Shown: piece after piece, positions 10,092-22,199 of the stretch
How the letters are laid out: every line of letters begins with the position of its first letter
Numbering within the stretch: the first letter of the stretch is position 1
From: Selaginella moellendorffii
Lineage: Eukaryota > Plantae > Lycopodiophyta
Assembly (NCBI RefSeq): GCF_000143415.4
Contig: NW_003314291.1
Coordinates: 655,316-719,315, forward strand
DNA length: 64,000 bases
Reading direction: 5' to 3'
Notes under the pieces: generated by a model
What the model saw: the letters and a program-made list of their open reading frames with translations, nothing else
Told to the model about the DNA's origin: nothing
Database searches by the model: none
Program-made: the position numbers and the translations under genes

Positions 10092-12773
10092 CTTTATATT
10101 TGATGCTAATGACTTGTGGGAAAGGAAATGGACTTCCAAGAATGGATTCCTAAGTGCTCCAATTTGGCGAAGTAAAAGCTCCAAGTGAGGGAGCGGCAAA
10201 GTAGCCAAATGATAGGGCCGTGGACAGCCCTAGCACAAATTATGATAACCGGAACTTAGTGCCAAAGGTGGCACGAAATCGAAGAGAGGATAATGTTGCC
10301 CTCGAGTAAAGGACTTCCTAAGAGGGGGAAGTGGAGTTGCACAATATGTGCAATGCAAAGTGTCGGAGACACCCAGGAAATTGACTTCAAGAAGTCAGAA
10401 TTAAAAGTTCCAAAATGCAAGGGTTATATCGATGGAAAGTGAGACCACTCGAGAATGAGTAGTGGGATTGAGTTAGAGAAGGTGTCTCTAACAGGTTTAG
10501 TGAGAACTAAACCAATAAAAGGAGAGAACCACCACAAGTGGTCGAATGAGCCTCTAAGTTAGAGGGGCTATGCTCCTTAGAGGATGGACAAGGCATGGTG
10601 AGCCTTAAGTGTCAAACCATAGACAAATATTGGCTAGGTGCCAAGGATGGAAATGGTAACACGTGCGGGTGTTACTTTATGAAAGGGTTTACCGTTCGAT
10701 GAGGACATCGAACTTCGTCTATGGGTGGTGGAGTTGTGAGACACAAAATCCCTAGGCCCCAAAGTGGAGCCGGAGGGGCACCACGTGGTAGTGGCCGAAG
10801 CGAAAGCTAAACAAGCGTAACACGTTTGGACTAAAAGCTCCGCCTTGAAAGGTCGAGAGCGGGAGTGGAACTCCCAACGAAGTGCTCGAGGAACAAGCAC
10901 AAAGAGAGCAATAAGCGAGGCTCCAAAAAGGGACCCAAAAGGACCAACACATGACACGTGGAAGTGTCCGAGATGGACCCGAGTTGGAGTCCGAAGTGGA
11001 GTCCGAGAAGGACCCCGAGATGGAGTCCGAGGTGGACCCGAGATGGACCCGAGATGGAGTCTGAGATGGACCCGAGATGGAGTCTGAGATGGAGTCTGAG
11101 ATGGACCCGAGATGGAGTCCGAGATGGAGTCCGAGATGGACTCGAGATGGAGTCCGAGATGGAGTTCGAGATGGACCCGAGATGGACCCAAGATGGGACC
11201 CGAGATGGACCCAAGATGGAGTCCAAGATGGAGTCCGAGAAGGACCCGAGATGGAGTCCGAGGTGGAGTCCGAGGTGGACCCGAGATGGACCCAAGATGG
11301 AGTCCGAGATGGACCCGAGATGGAGTCCGAGATGGAGTCTGAGATGGACCCGAGATGGAGTCCGAGATGGAGTCCGAGATGGACTCGAGATGGAGTCCGA
11401 GATGGAGTCCGAGATGGACCCGAGATGGACCCAAGATGGACCCGAGATGGGACCCGAGATGGAGTCCAAGATGGAGTCCGAGAAGGACCCGAGATGGAGT
11501 CCGAGGTGGAGTCCGAGATGGAGTCTGAGGTGGAGTCCGAGATGGAGTCCGAGGTGGAGTCTGAGATGGAGTCCGAGGTGGACCCGAAATGGACCCGAGA
11601 TGGAGTCCGAGATGGAGTCCAAAGTCGAGACCGGGACCAAGACCAAGACCGGGACCGAGACCGAGACCGAGACCGAGATCGGGACCAAGACCGAGACCGA
11701 GGCCGAGGCCGAGTCCGAGTCCGAGTCCGAATCCGAGTCCGAGTCCGAGTCCGAGGCCAAGTCCGAGTTTGAGTCTGAGAGGGTGAAAGCCCAAAGTGTT
11801 CGTCTCCCAGACCCTGGGGGGTTTAGTGAGCTCCAAAAGTATAGTAGGGGGAGGACTGCAGTGGAGCCAGTTTGGCCAGGAAAGGCCAGTTTGGCCCAGG
11901 AAGGCTGGACCCAGTGTTGGGTGATGAGCTGCCCACTAGGAAGTCCAAGACTAGAGTGAACACGAACCGACAAGCGGGGTAGCTTGGTGAAGTGTTCAAG
12001 AGCCGGCTCTAGTTCCCCCCGGAGATCGACTGGCCGATGCTCCCAGTCCAAGTGTGGGTGGCACTACCTACTTGGATACTTGGTGTGGCTTAACGGAACC
12101 TCGCTCTAAGCCCATGGCTAGAGCACCCAAAGGCAGAAGGCGAGGAGAGTACCCATGAGGCCCGCGTAGGGCCACGGTGTTCCAAAACGTTGCCCCAAAG
12201 TCCCAGACTGTGGAAAGGAAGAGGAGCAGCCCTCTAGTGTGGTGACAAGGGACACAGCCACACAGTAAGGAAGTCCTAGAGGACAATTGGACTTAGTGGT
12301 CGAGCCTGTGGGTCTTGATCCAGTGGCAGTGTTGGTGAACACGGCCATGGACAGAAAGGGACTTAGTGGGGACTAGAAAGGAGATATTGGGGAAGGCTAT
12401 TTCCTATGTCTGCAGGCATCATAAGGATGTTAAGGAGTGGATCTGGGATGACCACTCATGGACAGATAGCCCAGTCTTGGAGAGACGGGATTGCAATGCA
12501 GGTGGTGTTGGACCACCGATGTGACCAAGGTGATTGGGCATGGCCTAGCATAACGGGCTGGTATGTTGGTGGTGCCTTGGGGTGTCGGTCAAGGGATCGG
12601 ACACGTGGAGCACTTAGACCAAGTGCAAAAGTTGAGTGGCGTGGATGCCATTCGCGGGGTTAGCAAGCCCCAAGTTCTGAATAGGACTTATGGAGGTTGT
12701 GAATGAGACTCCTCCAAGTGGTTGGAGGTGCGGTTAAGTGACTAAAGTAGAATGGAAAAATTAGTCGCTTATA
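10092..12773 (+). mobile_element. 3' end of LTR element C: internal tail, PPT and 3' LTR (10735-12773)
   Basis: LTR reads TGTGAGACAC...AGTCGCTTATA (terminal CA mutated) and is the reverse-complement homolog of 13011-14742. 10092-10734 matches the reverse complement of ~14743-15440. Confidence 0.85.
10968..11780 (+). repeat. 11/12-bp (GAGATGGAGTCC / GAGATGGACCC) and 6-bp (GAGACC, GAGTCC) tandem arrays inside the LTR
   Basis: Directly visible; shorter versions at ~14015-14515 and ~19865-20355 on the opposite strand. Confidence 0.9.
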
Positions 12774-13010
12774 ATGATGTGAACACGAGCAATAAGTTAA
12801 CACCTCATTGCAAATCATTTCTCCAAGAGGAGAAAATGATTTACATGTTTAATGGTATCATTTTTTACTTAACCTCAAGCTTACTTTTGCACTGCCTTTA
12901 GTCCAATCGAAGAAAAGTTTATGAAAAAGCACAACAATGATTCCTTGAACCAATTGACCCATCCCTACAGTCTTGATTGATCCATTTATAATCATGCCTA
13001 GGAAGGATCC

Positions 13011-14096
13011 TGTAAGCGACTAAATTTTTCCATTCTACTTTAGTCACTTAACCACACCTCCGACCACTTGGAGGAGTCTCATTCACAACCTCCATAAGCC
13101 CAACTCAGGACTTGGGGCTTGCTAGCCTCGAGAATGGCATCCATGCCACTCAACCTTAGCACTTGGTCCAAGTGCTCCACGTGTCCGATCCCATGATCGA
13201 CACCCCAAGGTGCCACCGACATATCGGCCCGTTACGCTAAGGCCATGCCCATTTACCTTGGTCACACTAGTGGTCCAACACCACCTACATTCCAATCCCG
13301 TCTCTCAAAGACTGGGTCATCCGTCCATGAGTGGTCATCCCAGATCCACTCCTTAACATCCTTAGGATACCTACAGACATGGGGAATAGCCTTCCCCAAT
13401 ATCTCTGTTCCGGTCCCCACCAAGTCCCTTTCTGTCCTTGGCTGTGTTCGCCAACACTGCCACTAGATCGAGGCCCACCGGCCCGACCACTAAGTCCCAC
13501 TATCCTCTAGGACTTCCTCACTGTGTGACTGTGTCCTTGGTCACCACACCGGAGGGCTACCCCTCTTCCTTTCCACAGTCTGGGACTTTGGGACACCATT
13601 TCGGAACACCGTGGCCTTACGCAAGCCTCGTGGGTACTCTCCCCGCCTTTCGTCTTTAGGTGCTCTAGCCATGGGCTTAGAGCGAGGTTCCGTTGAGCCA
13701 CACCAGGTATCCAAGTAGGTAGTGCCACCCACACTTGGACTGGGAGCATCGGCCAGTCGATCTCCCGGGGGAACTAGAGTCGGCTCTTGAACACTTCACC
13801 AAGCTACCCCGCTTGTCGGTCCGTGTTCACTCTAGTCTTGGACTTCCCAGTGGGCAGCTCATCACCCAACACTGGGTCCGGCCTTCCTGGGCCAAACTGG
13901 CCTTTCCTGGCCAAACTGGCTCCACTGCAGTCCTCCCCCTACTATACTTTTGGAGCTCACCAAACCCCCCAGGGTCTGGGAGACGAACACTTTGGGCTTT
14001 CACCCTCTCAGGCTCCGGACTCGGACTCGGACTCGGATTCAGACTCGGGCTCGGGCTCGGTCTCGGCCTCGGCCTCGGTCTCGGTCTCGGTCCCGA

Positions 14097-14128
<32 letters not shown>

Positions 14129-17100
14129 CCGGTCTCGGTCTCGACTTCGGACTCCATCTCGGACTCCATCTCGGACTCCATCTCGGGTCCATCTCGGACT
14201 CCATTTCGGGTCCATCTCGGGTCCACCTCGGACTCCATCTCGGACTCCATCTCGGACTCCATCTCGGACTCCATCTCAGACTCCATCTCGGGTCCATCTC
14301 GGACTCCATCTCGGACTCCATCTCGGGTCCATCTCGGACTCCATCTCGGACTCCATGTCGGGTCCATCTCGGGTCCACCTCGGACTCCATCTCGGACTCC
14401 ATCTCGGGTCCATCTCGGACTCCACTTCGGACTCCAACTTGGGTCCATCTCGGGTCCACCTCTGACTCCACTTCGGACTCCAACTCGGGTCCATCTCGGA
14501 CTCCACTTCGGACTCCCATGTGTCATGTGTTGGTCCTTTTGGGTCCCTTTTTGGAGCCTCGCCTTTTGCTCGCTTCGTGCTCGTTCCTCGAGCACTTCGT
14601 TGGGAGTTCCACTCCCACTCTTGACTTTTCAAGTCGGAGCTTTTGGTCCAAACGTGTTACGCTCGTTTGGCTCTCACTTCGGCCACTACCATGTGGCGCC
14701 CTTCCGGCTCCACTTTGGGGCCTAGGGATTTTGTGTCTCACAACTCCACCACCCATAGACGAAGTTCGATATCCTCATCGAACGGTGAACCATTTTATAA
14801 AGTAACACCCGCATGTGTTACCATTTCCATCATTGGCACGTAGCCAATATTTGTCAATGGTGTGACATTGAAGGCTCACCATGCCTTCTCTATATTCGTC
14901 AATGGTTGGACATTGAAGGCTCACCATGCCTTTTGCATATCCTCTAAGGAGGGTAGTCTCTCCAACTTAGATACTGATTGGACCACATATAGTGGTTCTC
15001 TCCTTTTTTTTTTTTCTTTTTTTTTTTTGGTTTAGTTCTCGCTAAACCTCTTAGAGACCCTTCTCTAAGTCAATCCCAGTACTCCTTCTCGAGTAGTCTC
15101 AATTTCCATCGATATAACCTTTGCACTTTGGAACTTTGAATTTTGACTTTTTGGAGTCAATTTCCTAGGTGTTTCCGTCACCTTGCCTTGCACCTTTTGT
15201 GCAATTCCACTTCCCATCCTAGGAAGTTCTCTACTCGAGGGCACCATCATCCTCTCTTCTATTTCGTGCCAAAGTTCCAGTTATCATACTTTGTGCTAGG
15301 GCTATTCATGGCCCTATCATTTGGCTACCTTACCGCTCCCTCCCTTGGAGCTTCCACTTTCGCCAAATCGGAGCATTTCAGAATCCCTCCTTGGAAACAC
15401 ACTTCCTTTCCCGCAACTTGTTAGCGTCCAACACATTAGTGTTCCTCGCCTAACTTTGTCACTTGGATTCCTTCCAAGGGATTCCACGGCCCTATCTTGG
15501 CCACTCATCTTTTGCTCCTATCCGTTGATTGTTGCACCAAGCAACATCGAATCTCTACCTCCCTCCTTGAGGTATTGTTTCGGTTCCATAGCAAAGACTC
15601 TTCTTTGCTAAGTCCGGAGGATGTTCACCCCTAGTACGTCTCTTTAGCATCTTCTGTTATGGGCTTTATCCACGGCCCAACTTCGTGACCCTCCCATGGG
15701 TCTTTTATAAAGACTACTTTCCTCGGACTCACTATGCCATCGCACGGACATAGTTTATTTCCCTTAGGTGCTCTTCCCACTTGGTCATCACGACCAAGCC
15801 ACACCACCTTAAACAGTTCAATTTCAACATTTTGAACCAGGAACTTCATTCCTTAGCCAACCAAGGACCTTGTCTTTATCTGGCCATAAGATCACCTAGT
15901 GATTTCACCTTGGCACCTTAACAGAGTTGCCAAGACGTACTTGGTCTTCTAGACCTCCAAGTTGTTGACTATAACCCCGGGGGCATCCCCCACACTTGGC
16001 GGTGCACCCAAGCTAGCCCTTACGGCCAAGGGTTCATAGCAACTGAGATTAGGTGTCCCCATCTCACTCACCACGACCTTGGTGCCACTTGCACCAAAGT
16101 GTTCAAGTTAGATATGCCGAGCTTTCACACTAAGCAATCTAACCGTGCATCACGACTCCGAGGCATCCCTCGCTTGGCGGTGTGCCCAAACCAGTCTCCC
16201 CACTGAGAGTCCATGACCACCAAAATATGAGTGTCCTCATATTCCAAACCATCACCACGCCCTAGTGATTTGGGACTCGAACCCAAGCACTAGAGGGTCG
16301 GGACTCGAACCCAACCTCCGTATATGAATCTACGGACGGCATCACACAAGATGCCTGGCGTGACTCCCCACGCCAGTGCACCAACTTATTTTTAAAGCGC
16401 GCTACAGATCACAGCTTAGGAACCTAGTTCCTCCACACTGCCAAGTCCTCTCACTTGACAAGTCTGTGATTATGCATGGACTCCTCCATGCTCGGCCCCA
16501 TGGCCCACCCTTTTTGAAGTTATCACCTTCAACTAGGGTATTTGTTCCCCCGACGTGCCAATCTCGCTTGGCAAGTCCTCCGACCACTATAACATGGTTC
16601 CTGCATAAGCGTGAAAGTCCTTGACCATCGACTTTCGTTCAAAGCCCTCTCCTTGAACACTCGGGAACTACTTCCCTAACCTTGATAGCCTTGCCTCATG
16701 GCAAGCTTCAAGACCACGCTTCTGCTGCGCCACTCTGATTTCGCGCGTTCCATGAACCATTTACACTTGGCCTTTCTAGGTACTAAGCTACCTAGAATCG
16801 TCTTTGGGAACCTTGAAGGAACTCTGTCCCTCAGCTTGCTAAGGCCTCCCTTTTTGCAAGCCTCCCAAATGCCACATAGTCTAACATGGACAATTCCATA
16901 TTTTAGACTCTCCATGGCATCACGGTTGCTAGCGGCAACACCCTCGAGCCCCCACTTGATTCTCCACTCCCAGCTGGCATAACCAACCTTGGTTATGCCC
17001 TTTGATTCCTACGGTTCGGTTCTATCCCCTTACTTCTTGCTTTTTGGCTTCACACCTTTCCTTTGGTCATTCTCCTCCAGACCAGGAGGATAGCTTTGCA

Positions 17101-19971
17101 CTTTCTATCATGCTTTAGCAAGTATTCTTAGGGATGAACCTACCTAATAGCCTAGGGAGTGGTTCCTCAATCCGGGTATGCTCACCTTATAATCCCACAC
17201 ACTGGGATTACATTGTTGCTTATGGGCCTTTACATGCCCATCCCTAGCCTTTGCCAAAATTCCATTTTTGGCTTTGTCCAACTCGGGTAGACAGTCCTCT
17301 CCTGTCTCCGCAACCTTGGACATTTGGATAGCACCTTCTATCCATCATTCGCTAGGGACTTAGTCCCTTGGGCTTTATCCATTGCCCTCGCGACATCAAA
17401 CACCACCTTCTGGTGTTCTAGAGTGTTCGGGTGTCCCAATGATGGCTTTTTTGACAATGAGTATTTCCTTTTATGACATTAACTTACTATATCGCAACAC
17501 AAGCAACTTATCCCCCGTAAAGGTATATCCAACTTCCCTATGCTATTAAGAAGTCTTGGGTAGCTACCTTCTACCCGTTTAACCAGTTATTTTGCACCTC
17601 TTGCTTAGTTGCCTCATAGTTGTCAAGTCCTACAACTCATTGCTTGGTGCTTTCACACCTCCATCATTATCTGGGTCACCACACTCCAACTGCATGCTCT
17701 GCAGCTTAGGCTATGCTATTCCCATTTCCATTGGGATTCCTTTGGCAAGGGGTTCTCATGAACCCACCAACATAGCCTCAAGGTATCACACCTTGGCACA
17801 TTTGGTGTCTCCACACCATCGGCTCCACGAGCCTACCTCTATGACATTTCCCCTTTGTGTCTAAGTCTTTGCCAAGACCAACACCGCTCTTTCTCATGCC
17901 AACTATCCGTTAGCATTGCACCATAGAGGTCACACACAACTTTATGTCAAAGTTGTTTTCTTCTGGGAACACCTTTCCCATAACTTTAGCATGGCACATT
18001 TTGCCATCGATGAGATACCCTCTGTTCTCATCCTTGGATCCTATGATCCCCCCCCATCCTTTGTGGGGTACAACACACCTCAGTCCAAATGCTTCCATCA
18101 GTCCTTTTAGGACCATCCGTTGACTCTACTTGAGTCATCCAGCAGTTTTGGACTTGGTTAATCCACAGACCCGTAAGGTCCTACTTGTGAGGCACTAGCT
18201 CACTGGAATACACTTCTTGCATTCCTGTCCTACTCAAAAGGACTATTTTCACAAGTGTTACTCCGACACTTGATTTTGTTCTCTGGGGGCAACCTTTGCC
18301 CCTTAGGACTACTTGTCCATGTGATGAGAACACCAACTCATCCACTTAATACACCCCCAACTCCTTGGGTTGTTCCAGCATTTATTAGAGGTAGCCCCGG
18401 CTACCTTTTCAAGGACTTGAGTCCTCTTCCGTATTTGACCTCCCACGGTCATTACTTCTGGTCTCACATTCATGAGGACCAACCTCAACTATATGAGGAA
18501 AATCTTGTGACTCCTTTATTGCTTTGGAGTCTTTATCTTTCCCGTGATCCCAACTGTAGTTGTTTACCACAACTACATTAGCCAGTTTGCTAAGTCAAAC
18601 GCTCATCTGGATCACATCCTCAACTCTTTGAGGAAAACCATATACTGTTCCCAAGATCCCAAAGTCGTTCTATTATTGGCCCTTTTCTATCCACCACCTT
18701 GTCTACAAGTTCACACATGAACTGTAATGGAGAGCCATATCTTCCCGACCTGCTACTTCCTCAAGGGTAGGCCCACTTCTCGGACCTTCCGTTGCCAACA
18801 CCAGTGGTGATATACTTGAGCACCAATAAAAGTCGGATTAAGGAACAGCTCCGATACCAAATTGTAAGCGACTAAATTTTTCCATTCTACTTTAGTCACT
18901 TAACCACACCTCCGACCACTTGGAGGAGTCTCATTCACAACCTCCATAAGCCCAACTCAGGACTTGGGGCTTGCTAGCCCCGAGAATGGCATCCATGCCA
19001 CTCAACCTTAGCACTTGGTCCAAGTGCTCCACGTGTCCGATCCCATGATCGACACCCCAAGGTGCCACCGACATATCGGCCCGTTACGCTAAGGCCATGC
19101 CCATTTACCTTGGTCACACTAGTGGTCCAACACCACCTACATTCCAATCCCGTCTCTCAAAGACTGGGTCATCCGTCCATGAGTGGTCATCCCAGATCCA
19201 CTCCTTAACATCCTTAGGATACCTACAGACATGGGGAATAGCCTTCCCCAATATCTCTGTTCCGGTCCCCCCAAGTCCCTTTCTGTCCTTGGCTGTGTTC
19301 GCCAACACTGCCACTAGATCGAGGCCCACCGGCCCGACCACTAAGTCCCACTATCCTCTAGGACTTCCTCACTGTGTGACTGTGTCCTTGGTCACCACAC
19401 CGGAGGGCTACCCCTCTTCCTTTCCACAGTCTGGGACTTTGGGACACCATTTCGGAACACCGTGGCCTTACGCAAGCCTCGTGGGTACTCTCCCCGCCTT
19501 TCGTCTTTAGGTGCTCTAGCCATGGGCTTAGAGCGAGGTTCCGTTGAGCCACACCAGGTATCCAAGTAGGTAGTGCCACCCACACTTGGACTGGGAGCAT
19601 CGGCCAGTCGATCTCCCGGGGGAACTAGAGCCGGCTCTTGAACACTTCACCAAGCTACCCCGCTTGTCGGTCCATGTTCACTCTAGTCTTGGACTTCCCA
19701 GTGGGCAGCTCATCACCCAACACTGGGTCCGGCCTTCCTGGGCCAAACTGGCCTTTCCTGGCCAAACTGGCTCCACTGCAGTCCTCCCCCTACTATACTT
19801 TTGGAGCTCACCAAACCCCCCAGGGTCTGGGAGACGAACGCTTTGGGCTTTCACCCTCTCAGGCTCCGGACTCGGACTCGGACTCGGACTCGGACTCGGA
19901 CTCGGATTCGGACTCGGACTCAGGTTCGGGCTCGGTCTCGGCCTCGGCCTCGGTCTCGGTCTCGGTCCCGA

Positions 19972-20003
<32 letters not shown>

Positions 20004-20581
20004 CCGGTCTCGGTCTCGACTTCGGACTCCATCTCAGACTCCATCTCGGGTCCATCTCGAACTCCATTTCGGGTCCATCTCGGGTCCACCTCAGACTCCA
20101 TCTCGGACTCCATCTCGGACTCCATCTCGGGTCCATCTTGGACTCCATCTCGGACTCCATCTCGGGTCCATCTCGGACTCCATCTCGGACTCCATGTCGG
20201 GTCCATCTCGGGTCCACCTCGGACTCCATCTCGGACTCCATCTCGGGTCCATCTCGGACTCCACTTCGGACTCCAACTTGGGTCCATCTCGGGTCCACCT
20301 CTGACTCCACTTCGGACTCCAACTCGGGTCCATCTCGGACTCCACTTCGGACTCCCATGTGTCATGTGTTGGTCCTTTTGGGTCCCTTTTTGGAGCCTCG
20401 CCTTTTGCTCGCTTCGTGCTCGTTCCTCGAGCACTTCGTTGGGAGTTCCACTCCCACTCTTGACTTTTCAAGTCGGAGCTTTTGGTCCAAATGTGTTACG
20501 CTCGTTTGGCTCTCACTTCGGCCACTACCATGTGGCGCCCTTCCGGCTCCACTTTGGGGCCTAGGGATTTTGTGTCTCACA
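13011..20581 (-). mobile_element. Full-length, young, apparently non-autonomous LTR retrotransposon (element B)
   Basis: LTRs 13011-14742 and 18863-20581 have TG...CA ends and are nearly identical. 5-bp TSD GATCC at 13006-13010 and 20582-20586. PBS TGGTATCGGAGC (tRNA-Met type) on the minus strand at 18848-18859, PPT at 14743-14756. No long ORF and no RT/INT motif recognised in the 4.1-kb interior. Confidence 0.93.
18848..18859 (-). promoter_or_regulatory. Primer binding site (tRNA-iMet type) of element B
   Basis: Reverse complement TGGTATCGGAGC lies 3 nt from the LTR end. Confidence 0.85.
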
Positions 20582-20984
20582 GATCCACTAGTGTTGTGCT
20601 AAAGAGCTACGGACTAACCTATTTGCCACTCATAGCAAACCCAGGGAAGGTTTACTTTCACCTATAGTACATGGAACAACTTATGGAACCACCAATAGGC
20701 TAACATTAATCCTGCTATCTCAAAGTGTAACCTTGAGTTGCTAATGTGCTTTACTCACGAGCCCAAGCAAAAACTTGTGCCAAATGGTACACCCCAAATC
20801 CATCCTATGAGCCCAAGAGCAAGCTCACATCATAAGGTATAACAAGGTAACCAAATCCATACCAAAGTAACAATCGCAAAGCCTTTGCACCAAATATGTA
20901 CCCACTCGAATTATCGTTTTCATCTCTACGTATGCAACGAGATTAATTGCTTAATCTCATTGAATAGTACTCGCCAAGACTCAT

Positions 20985-22136
20985 CCTCTGATACCAAATG
21001 TAGCACATGTGGTTTTTACCCTTTATCCTATAGTGTTTTACCATAGGATAACCACGAAGCAAAACCTAAACCCTCCATGTGCCATGTGTCATTTAGCATA
21101 TGTCTAAAGGACAATGGTGTGGAACCTAAATTTCAGGGCCTTGGGCCACTGATCGAATGAACGGTGCCAAACTCCCAAACATAGAGCCGAGGAGCAAAAA
21201 AACCGGACCACAGAGCAACTCTTGAGCATACAGGCTAAGGAGTGAAGGGACAGGAACATAGAGCAACTTGGAACAATTCTAGAGCAACCAGCATCCCAAT
21301 GCTAGGTCTAGCACGCAAAACGGAGCCAAATGGAATTTGGCGCTATTTCGGCATACCGGTGGCTTAACGCAAGGACGTGGGTACTCCATTAGCTAGCATG
21401 GTGTAGAACTTAGGCTTAGACCCAAGCCGGACGTAGAACAAAGACAAGCACGCAAGCGGGAGCTAAATTATGCTTTAGGTTAGTCAACCATGCCCAACCT
21501 ACCCACTATCCTTACTATATATTTGGAACCCCCCATATCCCCCCTGCCCCCCACCCCTTGAGGAACACATGCTTTGGGCTTTCACCCCAAGCCTCCTTTA
21601 GTATTAGAAGTTAGTCTCTGGGACAAACTCGAAACTTACTAAATATGGAATGTCCCTAAATTGCGAATTTGGACATGGAACAAACACCATTGTGTTCAAG
21701 ACAATTTCTACATTTTGTAGATATGCCAAATGAGCAAATCTGGACACTTTTCATAAATAACATTTGGGACCAAAATTAGACTAACATAAAGGGCATGATA
21801 GCGAGAGTGTTTGGCAAACACAGTAAACTATCATCCAACGATAGTGAGGGACTAATCACAATACGTGAAGGTTCTTATCACTAGCCAGTGCAAGACACAA
21901 CAAGACGGGAACTTCTTACCATGCTAAGTATGCTTAGCTAATAACACATAAGAATTTCATCTTTATACTCATTCAATCTAAGTACACTCGAAATGCCCAA
22001 TTAACTCCACTAGCACAAGAGGGACTAATAAAGGGTCTAACAATACTGACTTCCTATCGTCATGACAATAAGGAAAGAGTGTTCATAAGGACTAGCCGAT
22101 AGGTAACTTTCGATACCCGAAGTCACATTCGCGACA
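20985..22136 (-). mobile_element. PBS and 5' LTR of an older LTR element (element A) that hosts elements B and C
   Basis: Minus-strand TGGTATCAGAGG at 20985-20996 lies next to an LTR edge at 20999. 21500-21620 is homologous to the LTR core at ~395-510. The far boundary (...CGCGACA, 22136) is tentative. Confidence 0.65.
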
Positions 22137-22199
22137 TTATATTTATGATCACAAATAAGTGGCTTTTCATTTTTTAAGGATTCCATACCGATTTACATT

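Larger units (their letters stand above)
1196..10092. mobile_element. Large DNA transposon (DUF7869/Sola1-like transposase plus ParB-like gene); left end hidden by LTR insertion
   Basis: Two divergent genes and ~20 copies of one 22-bp palindrome confined to this interval. The right boundary is placed where homology to LTR-element internal sequence resumes (~10092). TIRs and TSD cannot be checked because the other end is outside the window. Confidence 0.7.

Noticed and set aside
10634-14805. Long ORFs of 300-400 aa (MESEMESE..., LGLHLG..., SRTPSR...), also at 99-420 and 19586-20602
   Set aside because: They arise from stop-free 6/11/12-bp tandem repeats inside LTRs and are open in several frames on both strands.
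16265-16320. tRNA gene
   Set aside because: Only T-arm/B-box-like 13-mers are present; no cloverleaf.
14743-18862. gag/pol in the interior of element B
   Set aside because: Only short ORFs; I could not recognise zinc-knuckle, protease, RT or integrase motifs.
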